Virus record (IMG/VR): IMGVR_UViG_3300010373_000040
Coordinates: 21,240-85,239 of that record
DNA length: 64,000 bases
From: a virus
Strand: one strand, 5' to 3'
The position numbers were made by a program, and so were the translations under genes. The notes below the pieces were generated by a model that saw nothing but the letters and a program-made list of their open reading frames with translations, searched no databases and was not told the DNA's origin. Below are positions 10,461 to 19,780 of the stretch, piece by piece (the stretch's first letter is position 1; every line of letters begins with the position of its first letter).

Positions 10461-10690
10461 TATTTCTTTTCCCTATCTTTTAAAACCTTTCTAGCCATTT
10501 CCTCTAATGGAGGATAATTATCAAAAGCTTCTATCAACAGAGACATCATACCCATAGAATAACATTTTAAATACATTTGAGTATCTTTAAACTCTTTGGG
10601 TTGTGCTATTAAAATATAGGACTCATAAGTACTATCTAATAGCTTTTTCATCACATCATCTTCCATCCAATCTTTTCTTAAAATTCTCAA
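10460..10690 (-). CDS. Hypothetical protein
   Basis: ORF track. Confidence 0.55.
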   Translation of the reverse strand: MRILRKDWMEDDVMKKLLDSTYESYILIAQPKEFKDTQMYLKCYSMGMMSLLIEAFDNYPPLEEMARKVLKDREKK

Positions 10691-11975
10691 CTAATTCACT
10701 AATACTATTCACTTTAATAATTCCTTTTTTACCTTTCTGACATGACTTGAGCCAATGTTCGTCCTTACTATCCTTCAAGTAAACATTCACAATCAAAGCC
10801 AACTTATCCTCTCCTTCATGTCTAGTAGATCTCCATTCCCTTTGAGAGTTCTTCTCTGGTTTAGAATTTCTACCATATACTATAGAAGCGTTACATCCTG
10901 AGATGTCCAAACCTAAGTCAGCAGCTCTCACAGTATTAAGTCTAGTAAAATCTCCAGCATTAAACATCTTGATGTAAAGCTCTCTAACTTTCTTAGCTCC
11001 TAGTTTAGTAGCAGAACCTTTCTTACCAACTTTAAACCCATATTTCTCCAATAACTCATTAGGAAGTTCCTGACCTTTTATCTGACTGTGGTAAGTCTTA
11101 CTATTAGGAAGAAGTTCTGTAAGCTTCTCAGCAGCATCTATTGAAGCTCCAAAGGTAATAGCTTTCCTATCTGGTAGAGCCTTTAGAATCTCTGCTACAG
11201 TCTTGATCTTACCTAGATGATTCTGGATAAACTTAACTCTCTTTTGAGTAGCATCTTGCCAGATATTAGCTTTCCTTGAATATTCCTTAGCTAGAATCTC
11301 ATAAGAAGGTCCTTGAATCCCGTTAGCTTTGACATAGTTTAAAGCTCCTCCATAGGTTAGGCATTCCATAGCAGTATGAAAGTCTTGTCCAAATGTGGCA
11401 AATGTCTCATCTACTACTATGTTATTCTTATCATAGTATTCTCTCTCTGGGAGGGTTAGTTCTAATCCTAGATTGTATTCTATACTATCAGATACCCACC
11501 CCTTCTCTAAAGCTTCCTGCTTAGTTAAAGTATAAGCACAAGGTAGGAATGATCCTATGATTCTTTTATTATCGCTAGACCATGTACCACTGAGTGCAAC
11601 TAAATAGGCTCCATTAGCTAATTCAAATATCCTTGAGAATACACGTCCTATGCAGAACAATGCTGCCTCATCAATGATAGTTATCTCAGTATTGAGAGGT
11701 TCATTCTTTATAGTAACACCATTAATAACTAGAACTTGGTAGTTAGTCACATTCCATTTAGGAAGTTCTAGCTCCCATTGTTCTTTCAAATTATCTGTAG
11801 GAACTATTACAGACACTCTATAAGCAGGTCTAAGGGCTTGAACTCTTAGAATGAATAGTATAGCCATTCTGGTCTTGCCAGCCGCACCTACGACATCTAA
11901 ATAGCATCTACCCTTATGTTTAATAATGGATTCAACCACCTCCTCCTGCATTATGTCTTTTGAAGATTTAATCAT
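10656..11975 (-). CDS. Superfamily 2 helicase
   Basis: GAAGKT, VIVPT, IIDEA, LSGT, DLGLDI motifs. Confidence 0.82.
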   Translation of the reverse strand: MIKSSKDIMQEEVVESIIKHKGRCYLDVVGAAGKTRMAILFILRVQALRPAYRVSVIVPTDNLKEQWELELPKWNVTNYQVLVINGVTIKNEPLNTEITIIDEAALFCIGRVFSRIFELANGAYLVALSGTWSSDNKRIIGSFLPCAYTLTKQEALEKGWVSDSIEYNLGLELTLPEREYYDKNNIVVDETFATFGQDFHTAMECLTYGGALNYVKANGIQGPSYEILAKEYSRKANIWQDATQKRVKFIQNHLGKIKTVAEILKALPDRKAITFGASIDAAEKLTELLPNSKTYHSQIKGQELPNELLEKYGFKVGKKGSATKLGAKKVRELYIKMFNAGDFTRLNTVRAADLGLDISGCNASIVYGRNSKPEKNSQREWRSTRHEGEDKLALIVNVYLKDSKDEHWLKSCQKGKKGIIKVNSISELVENFKKRLDGR

Positions 11976-11977
11976 AA

Positions 11978-12556
11978 TTATTCCTTAATACTAACATTAA
12001 TTTGATGTGGAGCAGTTCTATTCCCTCCAAAATAAGGATAAAGCATGTAATGAACAGCCCTCTGTTCCGAACAACCCCTATATTTTAATACTTTTAGATT
12101 GCCGTTGTAATTAAAATTATATGAATCACCTACAATGTAAATGCTGTAACTCCCTTCCTGTCCTAGTTCAGCGTAACCCATTGAAATTACTTTATCGTTA
12201 GGACTGACGATCTGTCCAGCCTTATGAATGTAAGCCAATATTTCTATTTTGTTCATTGAAGCTACCCAACGCCAACCGAATCTTGCAGAGTTGGTTTCAT
12301 GGTCACAGTTACAGTCTGAGAAGCCGTATAGCTTATTAATGTCGTTCTGGTCTTTAGATTGTAAGTCATAAATACAAGTCTCGTCAAAACGGGCTTTAAA
12401 GTCCAAATGATCAGTGGTAAGAGTTGCTATGTGTAAACCTTCTGATTCGTGATTACCTTCTTTAATATGGTAGATTTTCCACTCGTGAATGCCTAACAGT
12501 CTTTGAAGATCGGATTTGCAGGATGAAAGCACTAACAATAATAACACATATCTCAT
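11978..12556 (-). CDS. Predicted lipoprotein (Bacteroidota-type)
   Basis: Lipobox MRYVLLLLVLSS-C; C-terminal LYPYFGGNRTAPH. Confidence 0.7.
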   Translation of the reverse strand: MRYVLLLLVLSSCKSDLQRLLGIHEWKIYHIKEGNHESEGLHIATLTTDHLDFKARFDETCIYDLQSKDQNDINKLYGFSDCNCDHETNSARFGWRWVASMNKIEILAYIHKAGQIVSPNDKVISMGYAELGQEGSYSIYIVGDSYNFNYNGNLKVLKYRGCSEQRAVHYMLYPYFGGNRTAPHQINVSIKE

Positions 12557-12885
12557 AATGCAAGTGATAACCAAATTAGACCAGTAAATATAACTCCAAT
12601 ACCAAAAGGCATACCAAGTAATTGTCTATTCTCACGTTCTAAAATCCCTGTAGCAGAGTAAACGCTTTTGAAATGTTTCTTGCCTATTTTGTGTGTTACA
12701 ACGTAGTAAGACTCATTGCCTGTTTGATCTATGTGCTTGGTCACTGATTTTATTTCATGCCCGTATAAGCTCTCTGAAATGCATACAGGGGCATCGTCTA
12801 TCTCAATGGTTTGCTTTTTGAAGTCAGAAGCGTTTGCTAATGAGTAAGTGAATATTAATGCGAGGGTGAATATTATTTTTTTCAT
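12553..12885 (-). CDS. Secreted/membrane-anchored protein
   Basis: Signal peptide (SLANA) and C-terminal hydrophobic segment. Confidence 0.65.
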   Translation of the reverse strand: MKKIIFTLALIFTYSLANASDFKKQTIEIDDAPVCISESLYGHEIKSVTKHIDQTGNESYYVVTHKIGKKHFKSVYSATGILERENRQLLGMPFGIGVIFTGLIWLSLAL

Positions 12886-12896
12886 GTTAGTTTTGT

Positions 12897-13106
12897 TTAC
12901 TCTGTGTCTTTAACTTCTTCTAAGAGGTCGTGTTTGGTTGTTTCATTAGATAACCGATACCTGTATTTACCATCTGAATTATAACCTAATCTTTCACCAA
13001 TAGGATTGATTCCTGAATATAAATCGCCAACACGGCTTTCTATAGTGACTCGCTTAAGCCATCCATTGAAATAAACTTTTCCGACTTCTATTTTGAGTTG
13101 TGCCAT
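12897..13106 (-). CDS. Hypothetical protein
   Basis: ORF track. Confidence 0.6.
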   Translation of the reverse strand: MAQLKIEVGKVYFNGWLKRVTIESRVGDLYSGINPIGERLGYNSDGKYRYRLSNETTKHDLLEEVKDTE

Positions 13107-13109
13107 AAG

Positions 13110-13520
13110 CTATTTAGTGGTTAATGATGGTTGAGGTAAGGGCATCCAGTGGGTATGAGATAGCTTAAAATTACCTTCTGATTGAAATAATCCCATAGCC
13201 CATGATTCATTAGACCAGTAGTCAATACAATACGTCCCGCTTTGACCGATGCATAATACTCGTTCGTGTACTTTTGGCATGCCATCTTCCACGCTTATCC
13301 ACTTCGGAATCTCCTCTTGCATAAACTTCATTTCTTGCTCGTGAAATAGTTGTAGGGCTTTAAATTCCAATTGAAGTAATTCATAACCAAAGTCTCTATC
13401 ACCTGTCCAAGCCTGTACAACCTGTTCATAAAATTCATAATCAGTTTCAGTGTTGGTTATATGATCCTGCCACTGCTCACGCGTCAATCGCTCACTGGGG
13501 TTTTGTGGTTCTTTTTTCAT
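13110..13520 (-). CDS. DUF551-domain protein
   Basis: WISVEDGMP...THWMPLPQP. Confidence 0.75.
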   Translation of the reverse strand: MKKEPQNPSERLTREQWQDHITNTETDYEFYEQVVQAWTGDRDFGYELLQLEFKALQLFHEQEMKFMQEEIPKWISVEDGMPKVHERVLCIGQSGTYCIDYWSNESWAMGLFQSEGNFKLSHTHWMPLPQPSLTTK

Positions 13521-13522
13521 GG

Positions 13523-13711
13523 TTATACGTTTTTCAAATTAAAATAATTGCCTTTGTGAGACTGCTTACTTTCTATTTCTTCCACTGTTGCTAATCTCCA
13601 TTTCTGGCTAACTATAGGCCTTTCCGATGAATAAGACATCATCCTGCCTTTAGGAATATCAATCCCCTCATAAGAATAGGATTGAACACAAATAACCCAA
13701 TAACTTTTCAT
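13523..13711 (-). CDS. Hypothetical protein
   Basis: ORF track. Confidence 0.55.
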   Translation of the reverse strand: MKSYWVICVQSYSYEGIDIPKGRMMSYSSERPIVSQKWRLATVEEIESKQSHKGNYFNLKNV

Positions 13712-13736
13712 CTTACTTCTTATTTAGTTCCTGTGA

Positions 13737-14147
13737 TTACTTTTTAACTCGTTTATAAGTACCATTGCCTTGATCTATCCACTCACTTAACATATTGATC
13801 TCAAGTTTTGCTTTGAATGCCTTAGCGATGTCATGAGGTGTTAAGCCGTTCCAAGGGACAAGTACACCGATAGAGCGGAGGTAGTCGATCATTTCATAAG
13901 TCATACTTATAAAATCTTGACTTATTCCATCGTGACAATGAAATACCTCGTCTAACATAGCATTGAAATGGCTTTCTTCTTCATCCGTGAGGCTTTCGAT
14001 TGACCGGAGAGATAGGTGATCAGTTCTCCAAATTGTTTCTTGTCCGATCTCCAATAAACCGCATGGGTAATTCATACAAGCTATCGATTGCCCCCAATAA
14101 TTGGCGAAAAACTTCGCTTTATTCTCTGGTGTGTTTTCTGGTTTCAT
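13737..14147 (-). CDS. Hypothetical phage protein
   Basis: ENKAKFFANYWGQ...DYLRSIG. Confidence 0.65.
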   Translation of the reverse strand: MKPENTPENKAKFFANYWGQSIACMNYPCGLLEIGQETIWRTDHLSLRSIESLTDEEESHFNAMLDEVFHCHDGISQDFISMTYEMIDYLRSIGVLVPWNGLTPHDIAKAFKAKLEINMLSEWIDQGNGTYKRVKK

Positions 14148-14434
14148 AGTTTATTTTTTAAATAAGTATACATTTCAGAAGCTATCGTTCCTATCTCTTT
14201 AAGATCTTCACGAGTTTTCAAATTAGGATTATGAATCATCGATATAATTCCTACCACATTTTGAACCAACTCTTCATCATCATGAATAGGAAACACACAC
14301 TTATCTATCATCTTCTGATTACGGGCAGCGTGATAAGCTTCTGCTGTCTCAAAAGGGAAATTAAAGTAGTCCTCTTTTTCGCAAATACGATTCCATGTCT
14401 CTTCGGGTGTCTCTTCTCTGTTTGTATCTGGCAT
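14144..14434 (-). CDS. Hypothetical protein
   Basis: ORF track. Confidence 0.55.
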   Translation of the reverse strand: MPDTNREETPEETWNRICEKEDYFNFPFETAEAYHAARNQKMIDKCVFPIHDDEELVQNVVGIISMIHNPNLKTREDLKEIGTIASEMYTYLKNKL

Positions 14435-14443
14435 AATGGTTAA

Positions 14444-14740
14444 TTAATATGATTTATGTGCATCCCAACTTTGATCATCATCGAAGTCGCCGCTTTCTTC
14501 ACGATATTGTTGCCATCTTTCAGTGAAAGCTTTACTTGCAGGTGAAATCCTGGTTGTATTATTTTTCTTCTTTGGATCTACAGTATTCCAATAGGCATCT
14601 TTACAAATAGTTCCTGATTTTGTCTTGCAAAAAGCTTGCTGATAACTACTTTTTATAAAATGACTATTACATGAGGGGCAGATAAGAGTAGCACCAACTT
14701 TAGAAATTTTATTTAAAGTATACCTATTTTTGATCTTCAT
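14444..14740 (-). CDS. Zn-finger hypothetical protein
   Basis: CPSC...FC......CKDAYWN. Confidence 0.65.
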   Translation of the reverse strand: MKIKNRYTLNKISKVGATLICPSCNSHFIKSSYQQAFCKTKSGTICKDAYWNTVDPKKKNNTTRISPASKAFTERWQQYREESGDFDDDQSWDAHKSY

Positions 14741-14768
14741 ACTTCTCTTGTTTATTCCCTATGGGAGG

Positions 14769-14963
14769 TTAATCTTTATAAACTTCTTTAAAATCACTAC
14801 TCTTCAATCTTCTAATCTTATCCTTAGCATACTCCAGAGAAGCTACTGAATACAAATCAACATCTTTATAATCAAACATCCACCAAAGCCTATATTGAAC
14901 CTTATATGCTTCTTCATTATTCTGCTTTAGAACTCTATATCTAACTCTAAATAGATTTCTCAT
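14769..14963 (-). CDS. Hypothetical protein
   Basis: ORF track. Confidence 0.55.
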   Translation of the reverse strand: MRNLFRVRYRVLKQNNEEAYKVQYRLWWMFDYKDVDLYSVASLEYAKDKIRRLKSSDFKEVYKD

Positions 14964-15328
14964 ATCACTTCACAATAGTACAAATATCCACTACCTGAGC
15001 CATCAGTGATAATTATAATCACTTCACTATTCTTATCAAATAGAACAGTAGCATAGTACTTCCTTCTATGATCATAGTAAACAAATGTTAAATAACTATC
15101 CCCTTTTACTTCTTCATAAGCTTTCTCTTTTATATCAAAAGCTTTATCATGATTAGAGAACTTCAAGAAAGCTCCATCTATAGAAATCTGTTGACCATTC
15201 CCCTCAATCTTACCTCCTACATCTTTAAGGTCTACCTGCTTAATCTTAGATATAACCCTAAAATGTATTGATTCTGCCTGTCCTACTACTGATAGCAAGA
15301 CCAAACAAAGTGTTATAATGTGTTTCAT
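14960..15328 (-). CDS. Predicted secreted protein
   Basis: Signal peptide MKHIITLCLVLLSVVGQA. Confidence 0.6.
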   Translation of the reverse strand: MKHIITLCLVLLSVVGQAESIHFRVISKIKQVDLKDVGGKIEGNGQQISIDGAFLKFSNHDKAFDIKEKAYEEVKGDSYLTFVYYDHRRKYYATVLFDKNSEVIIIITDGSGSGYLYYCEVI

Positions 15329-15330
15329 TA

Positions 15331-15594
15331 TTATTCTAGTATGTTTTTAGGAACTAAGTTCTGTTCTTCTTCATCAAATTCTTTCAAATATACTTCTTTT
15401 AGAGAGCTATAATGATTCATTAAAGCTTCTGTAACATCCCAAGACTCATAAGACTTCTCCAGTAATGCTATAAAATATGCAACATCATCATGGTCTATAA
15501 TATCCTGTATTCTAAATACCAATTCTTCAATTGTTAACTCCTCTCTTGTAGCAAGAGATACAGTTTTCATGTATTTTTTATTTGTTTTTTTCAT
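15331..15594 (-). CDS. Hypothetical protein
   Basis: ORF track. Confidence 0.6.
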   Translation of the reverse strand: MKKTNKKYMKTVSLATREELTIEELVFRIQDIIDHDDVAYFIALLEKSYESWDVTEALMNHYSSLKEVYLKEFDEEEQNLVPKNILE

Positions 15595-15597
15595 AAC

Positions 15598-15942
15598 CTA
15601 CCCAATAAAACCTTCCATATCTTTAGCAATCATTTGTTCATGCCTTTTATTCATGTAGCTAACCATAGCTTTTTGTTGAATCTCAATCAATGTAGACTGG
15701 TACAAGAACCTAATCTCTGAGAGATTCTTATAATGTTCTCCATTAAACTCTTTTAGCAAATACAAATAAGCTGAATCATTCTCTTCCTCTGGATAATCTT
15801 GATCCAGTACTCTCTTAATCATGTTGCTGAAAGCTACCCTAGGGCAACTACTGTACCCAGGGTAGAACTCTTCTATAAACTCTTGTGATAATGCTTCTTC
15901 ATTTGATTCCATCTTGTCCTTGTTTATAGCTCCAATACCCAC
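15598..15942 (-). CDS. Hypothetical protein
   Basis: ORF track; true start may be at MESNEE. Confidence 0.55.
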   Translation of the reverse strand: MGIGAINKDKMESNEEALSQEFIEEFYPGYSSCPRVAFSNMIKRVLDQDYPEEENDSAYLYLLKEFNGEHYKNLSEIRFLYQSTLIEIQQKAMVSYMNKRHEQMIAKDMEGFIG

Positions 15943-16102
15943 TGTAAGCAGTATAGAGAGCTGATAAGAACGCCACTAAGAAACCACTAAAAGGATCTTT
16001 ACCTGTATGCAATGCTGTAGTAAGCCATCCTAATCCAGCAGCAATACCAATTAATCCTATTAACCAACTTGTGTTGATAATCTTTACAATTTTCTCTTTC
16101 AT
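15899..16102 (-). CDS. Small two-TM membrane protein
   Basis: Two hydrophobic segments. Confidence 0.55.
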   Translation of the reverse strand: MKEKIVKIINTSWLIGLIGIAAGLGWLTTALHTGKDPFSGFLVAFLSALYTAYSGYWSYKQGQDGIK

Positions 16103-16114
16103 ATTTCTATACTT

Positions 16115-16486
16115 TTATTCTCCGTGCAATAAACAATCTGTGTTTCTAATACTATAACCAGTCCCATAAGAATCTTCATTATCCATTTTAGGACAACTAC
16201 ATTTTGGTAATAGCCAGAATTTATGAAAACTAGAATCTTTTTCAAACTTCCAAAGTTCTTGTAAACAATATTCTACGTTAGTTATATTGAGAGCTATCTT
16301 TTTAAGTTTAACTGGATCATTAGTTTTTCTTATCATATCTATATGAGCTTCCTTCAATATATGATAAGCTTTAATAGCTTCTACATTTGGGGTGTCAAGT
16401 CTCTTTAGTTTTATAAGATTGGAGTTTAGGACACTTATCACATCTCCATTATATATAACATTTAAATCCATAATCACACTAACCAT
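16115..16486 (-). CDS. Conserved phage protein with Cys/His cluster
   Basis: LQELWKF...FHKFW.LPKCSCPKMDN...CLLHG. Confidence 0.7.
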   Translation of the reverse strand: MVSVIMDLNVIYNGDVISVLNSNLIKLKRLDTPNVEAIKAYHILKEAHIDMIRKTNDPVKLKKIALNITNVEYCLQELWKFEKDSSFHKFWLLPKCSCPKMDNEDSYGTGYSIRNTDCLLHGE

Positions 16487-16866
16487 ATTAAAATTCCTAT
16501 ACTTATTAAAAACATTGTAGCTCTTAGCCAGAATGATAGCTCTAGCTTTGATGTACTCTCAGTACTCTGACTAAAGAAGTTATACGAAGGAACGTCTATA
16601 TAATACCTACCTTCATAATAAGCACCATTATGCCAGAACGAATAAGACATACTACAGGCTATTAGGAGCCAGCACATTTGTTCTAAACTATAATCCATGT
16701 ATCTAGCTTCAGCTACCATAGAGGCTGTTAGAACTATGAATAAATCAAACAGGGTGTGTATATCCCATGAGAAAGCTTTAGAAGCCTTACCAGAAAATAA
16801 TACTGCATGGATTACACCAAAGGTCATAGACCATAATGCAAAGTTTGTGAATAGTAAGTATTTCAT
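16474..16866 (-). CDS. Membrane protein
   Basis: Several hydrophobic segments; FWHNGAYY. Confidence 0.6.
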   Translation of the reverse strand: MKYLLFTNFALWSMTFGVIHAVLFSGKASKAFSWDIHTLFDLFIVLTASMVAEARYMDYSLEQMCWLLIACSMSYSFWHNGAYYEGRYYIDVPSYNFFSQSTESTSKLELSFWLRATMFLISIGILIWLV

Positions 16867-16996
16867 ATCAACAACATTTTAATTTCACTCTCTGAAAACC
16901 CTTCCATCTTCAGATAATACACTAGTTTGGGTTTATTAGAAGTATATCTCATACTCCAGTAAACCCTCTCTAATAGCTCATAGAATCTTTCTTCCA

Positions 16997-17224
16997 TCAT
17001 TTAAACCATTTATAATTGTGACACTTGGTACATAAAGCTTTGTACTTAACTTTAAAAGGAATCCATCTTATATGGATGTGAGAATCTATACATTGTTTCT
17101 TACACTCAGGACATTTGAGATTATCCATTTTCTGTAGAAGCGTGTAGATAATTATAAAGATAATACCTAGAGAAATCAAAACAAAGACAATTATTGTTAA
17201 TCCAAAATTTGGTACTGTATTCAT
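16997..17224 (-). CDS. Membrane-anchored Zn-ribbon protein
   Basis: TM helix followed by CPEC...CTKC. Confidence 0.55.
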   Translation of the reverse strand: MNTVPNFGLTIIVFVLISLGIIFIIIYTLLQKMDNLKCPECKKQCIDSHIHIRWIPFKVKYKALCTKCHNYKWFK

Positions 17225-17264
17225 AACTTTTTATTAAGGAGGGCTATTCACCCTCCATATTTTG

Positions 17265-17447
17265 TTAAAATGTTTCTACGTCTGCTTTTATTACTAAGAG
17301 CCTTTCTTGTTTTGTCATATCTTTCCAACAATCCCAGCATGTAACTGGTACATCATGAACATATATTCCATCTTCAGGATGTTTGAAGTAGCAACCACAA
17401 TTTTGGCAGCAACTTCCGTCTAGCATGTCTTCTGCAATTTGTCCCAT
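17265..17447 (-). CDS. Small Cys-rich phage protein
   Basis: MGQIAEDMLDGSCCQNCG...CWDC. Confidence 0.65.
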   Translation of the reverse strand: MGQIAEDMLDGSCCQNCGCYFKHPEDGIYVHDVPVTCWDCWKDMTKQERLLVIKADVETF

Positions 17448-17939
17448 TTAGTCTTCAATCTCTTTAATTTCAAATAAATGGTCTGCCAGCACAGGTGATA
17501 AGAAATCTACCAGTATATTAGTTCTTTGGTGCTTCAAATATTCACCCATAAATTCATGAAGAAACTCTCTATCTGTAGCATTAAGCTGTTCCCATGTTTT
17601 AACTCTTTCAAGCTCTCTAGGGCTAGTCACTTTAATCTGAGACTTTAGATATTGATGATAGGGCTTACTGTCCCACAGCACTCCCTGACCATCTACAATA
17701 GCACTTTGCTTAATGATGGACATGTAAGACTTCAGTTTCTCCTGAGTCTCTGTATGTCTCTCTATTACACTGGGAAGATGTTCTTGTAACTTAATTGCAT
17801 CTTCATTCTTTACAAACCATTTTTGAATTTGCTCTAGTTTAGCAATTTTGAATGATTTACTGGTTCCAATAAGGGAGATAACTTGATCTCCTAATTTGAT
17901 TGTTAGGTTCATAGTTTTAGGGTTTAAGTTTCTTAGCAA
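17448..17939 (-). CDS. Hypothetical protein
   Basis: ORF track; true start likely MNLTIK. Confidence 0.6.
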   Translation of the reverse strand: MLRNLNPKTMNLTIKLGDQVISLIGTSKSFKIAKLEQIQKWFVKNEDAIKLQEHLPSVIERHTETQEKLKSYMSIIKQSAIVDGQGVLWDSKPYHQYLKSQIKVTSPRELERVKTWEQLNATDREFLHEFMGEYLKHQRTNILVDFLSPVLADHLFEIKEIED

Positions 17940-18053
17940 TAAAACATGTGTGAGTATCTTTAGACTTATATCCGTAATACTTCACTTCATGTACTATATA
18001 CTTGTTACCATTCTTGTATAGGATTGATCCTATATCATGGTTGTTAGGTATTT

Positions 18054-18359
18054 TTATGTAGAACTTAGGCATTTTTCTAAATCTTTAATAGTGCCTACCC
18101 ATGATTTACTACTGTTAAAACTGATGGTGATGAGAGCTTCTTCTCTTTGTTCATAAGTTGCTCCTGCTCCTTTATATCCATCAACAACAATACTTTTCCC
18201 TTCTGATTTTAAATCACTAATAAGTATCTTAACCTGACCTTTTCTTAAAAGCTCGCTGGGTCTAGTACCGAGTATAGAGATTGTAGAATATAATACTCTT
18301 TCCATAATATTAGGGGTTAGGTTGTCTACCTTCTGTTTTAATAAACATTGGTTTTTCAC
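18054..18359 (-). CDS. Hypothetical protein
   Basis: ORF track; true start likely MERVLY. Confidence 0.55.
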   Translation of the reverse strand: MKNQCLLKQKVDNLTPNIMERVLYSTISILGTRPSELLRKGQVKILISDLKSEGKSIVVDGYKGAGATYEQREEALITISFNSSKSWVGTIKDLEKCLSST

Positions 18360-18654
18360 TCCAATACTCTTCTTCTATAAGCCTTACACATAAATAAACT
18401 CGTGTTAATGTATCTATAGCATTATAATCAGTGTATCTAGAATCACGCATGTATGTGTTAGTTTTCCAAAATCCTACTAATTTGTCAAAGTCTTCCAATT
18501 TAGGAAAGAAGCTTTTATATTCAGATTTTATTTCTATAATACTCTCACAATAGCAAACGGCATCACCACTGTCTTCATCAGAAGTATGGTCTATTATAAG
18601 GTCTTTAATACCACTGAATATCTCAGGGTAAAACGATTTAGTTATCTTGTTCAT
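18310..18654 (-). CDS. Hypothetical protein
   Basis: ORF track. Confidence 0.6.
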   Translation of the reverse strand: MNKITKSFYPEIFSGIKDLIIDHTSDEDSGDAVCYCESIIEIKSEYKSFFPKLEDFDKLVGFWKTNTYMRDSRYTDYNAIDTLTRVYLCVRLIEEEYWSEKPMFIKTEGRQPNP

Positions 18655-19029
18655 TTAGTTTAAGTTTTAGGTTATTAACAGAAGGCACATGCCCATGAAT
18701 CACTTGAAGCATTATAGTGATAGTTTATTGTTTTACATTGGGGACATCTTTGAGTGCTAGGTTGAGTTCTATCAGTTCTTATAGACTGTAGAAACTCCAA
18801 AGCTTTTATGTGTTTCAGTTTTTCTTTAGTTATTTCGTCTTCTACTGTTCTCATAGATTTTAGAATTTTACATAAATCTCTAGCAATTTCTCAATATTTA
18901 AGAGATGAATAGCAGCAGCTACAACATCTCCTTTAGCATAAGCACTTTCCATGTTTAGAATCTCACTACATGTAGATTCATAAATTAATGTTGGTGTGTA
19001 ATAGAACATAATAGTGTGTTTAAGGTGAA

Positions 19030-19341
19030 TTACTTCTTTTTCTTACGTTTCTTTTTTGCTGGTGTAAATCTAGGCCCTCTTTTACTAGAGGGATAGTTAA
19101 ACAATTCTGGTTGAAAGGTATTGTTTATCATATAAGGTTCTTGCATAAATAAATTATGAGAAGACTTGATCTCTTTAATCTCATTACTATCTATCATAAT
19201 AATATCTACAGTACCTTGAGCATGCATTTCAGCAATATGTGAAGCTACACCCATATCCGGGTGCGCAATTACTACAGGTTTTGGATTATAATGTTCCATA
19301 AGATTTAAATTTAGTTCTTCTGACTCTACTTGAAAGAGCAT
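19030..19341 (-). CDS. Hypothetical protein with basic C-terminal tail
   Basis: ORF track; ends PAKKKRKKKK; true start likely MEHYNP. Confidence 0.55.
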   Translation of the reverse strand: MLFQVESEELNLNLMEHYNPKPVVIAHPDMGVASHIAEMHAQGTVDIIMIDSNEIKEIKSSHNLFMQEPYMINNTFQPELFNYPSSKRGPRFTPAKKKRKKKK

Positions 19342-19401
19342 AATCTCAGGCGGCAGATTGTTTTACTTAAACTACAGAAGATCCCTTGACTAAGGGGATT
19401 A

Positions 19402-19761
19402 TTAGAATCTTTCTTTCAAAAGATTATTGTAGAACTCTAATGAGTCTTCTACTTGTTTTAAAGCCTCTTCTTTTGCTTCTACAGCTTCTTTAGCTCTGAT
19501 AATACCAGAAGCATAAGCTTTACCATCTCCAATCAGTACTGTAGGATAGATAGCATTCTCATAAGCTTCTTTAGCATCTTCTAAAGCTGATTTAGCATCT
19601 ACCTCAGAAGAACTCAATAAGGCAATCTGTAGGTGAATAGCTGATCTAGCTTTGATCTCATTCTTAGCTGCCAACTCTTCTACTTTGTCACCTTCAATTC
19701 TAGCTTTTACTGCTTTAACAAATGATGTTAGGTCTTTCACTGCATTTTCTACTTTTGTCAT
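19402..19761 (-). CDS. Coiled-coil hypothetical protein
   Basis: ORF track; Ala/Glu/Lys-rich; followed by a hairpin. Confidence 0.7.
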   Translation of the reverse strand: MTKVENAVKDLTSFVKAVKARIEGDKVEELAAKNEIKARSAIHLQIALLSSSEVDAKSALEDAKEAYENAIYPTVLIGDGKAYASGIIRAKEAVEAKEEALKQVEDSLEFYNNLLKERF

Positions 19762-19780
19762 TTTGTATTTGGTTTAGGGG

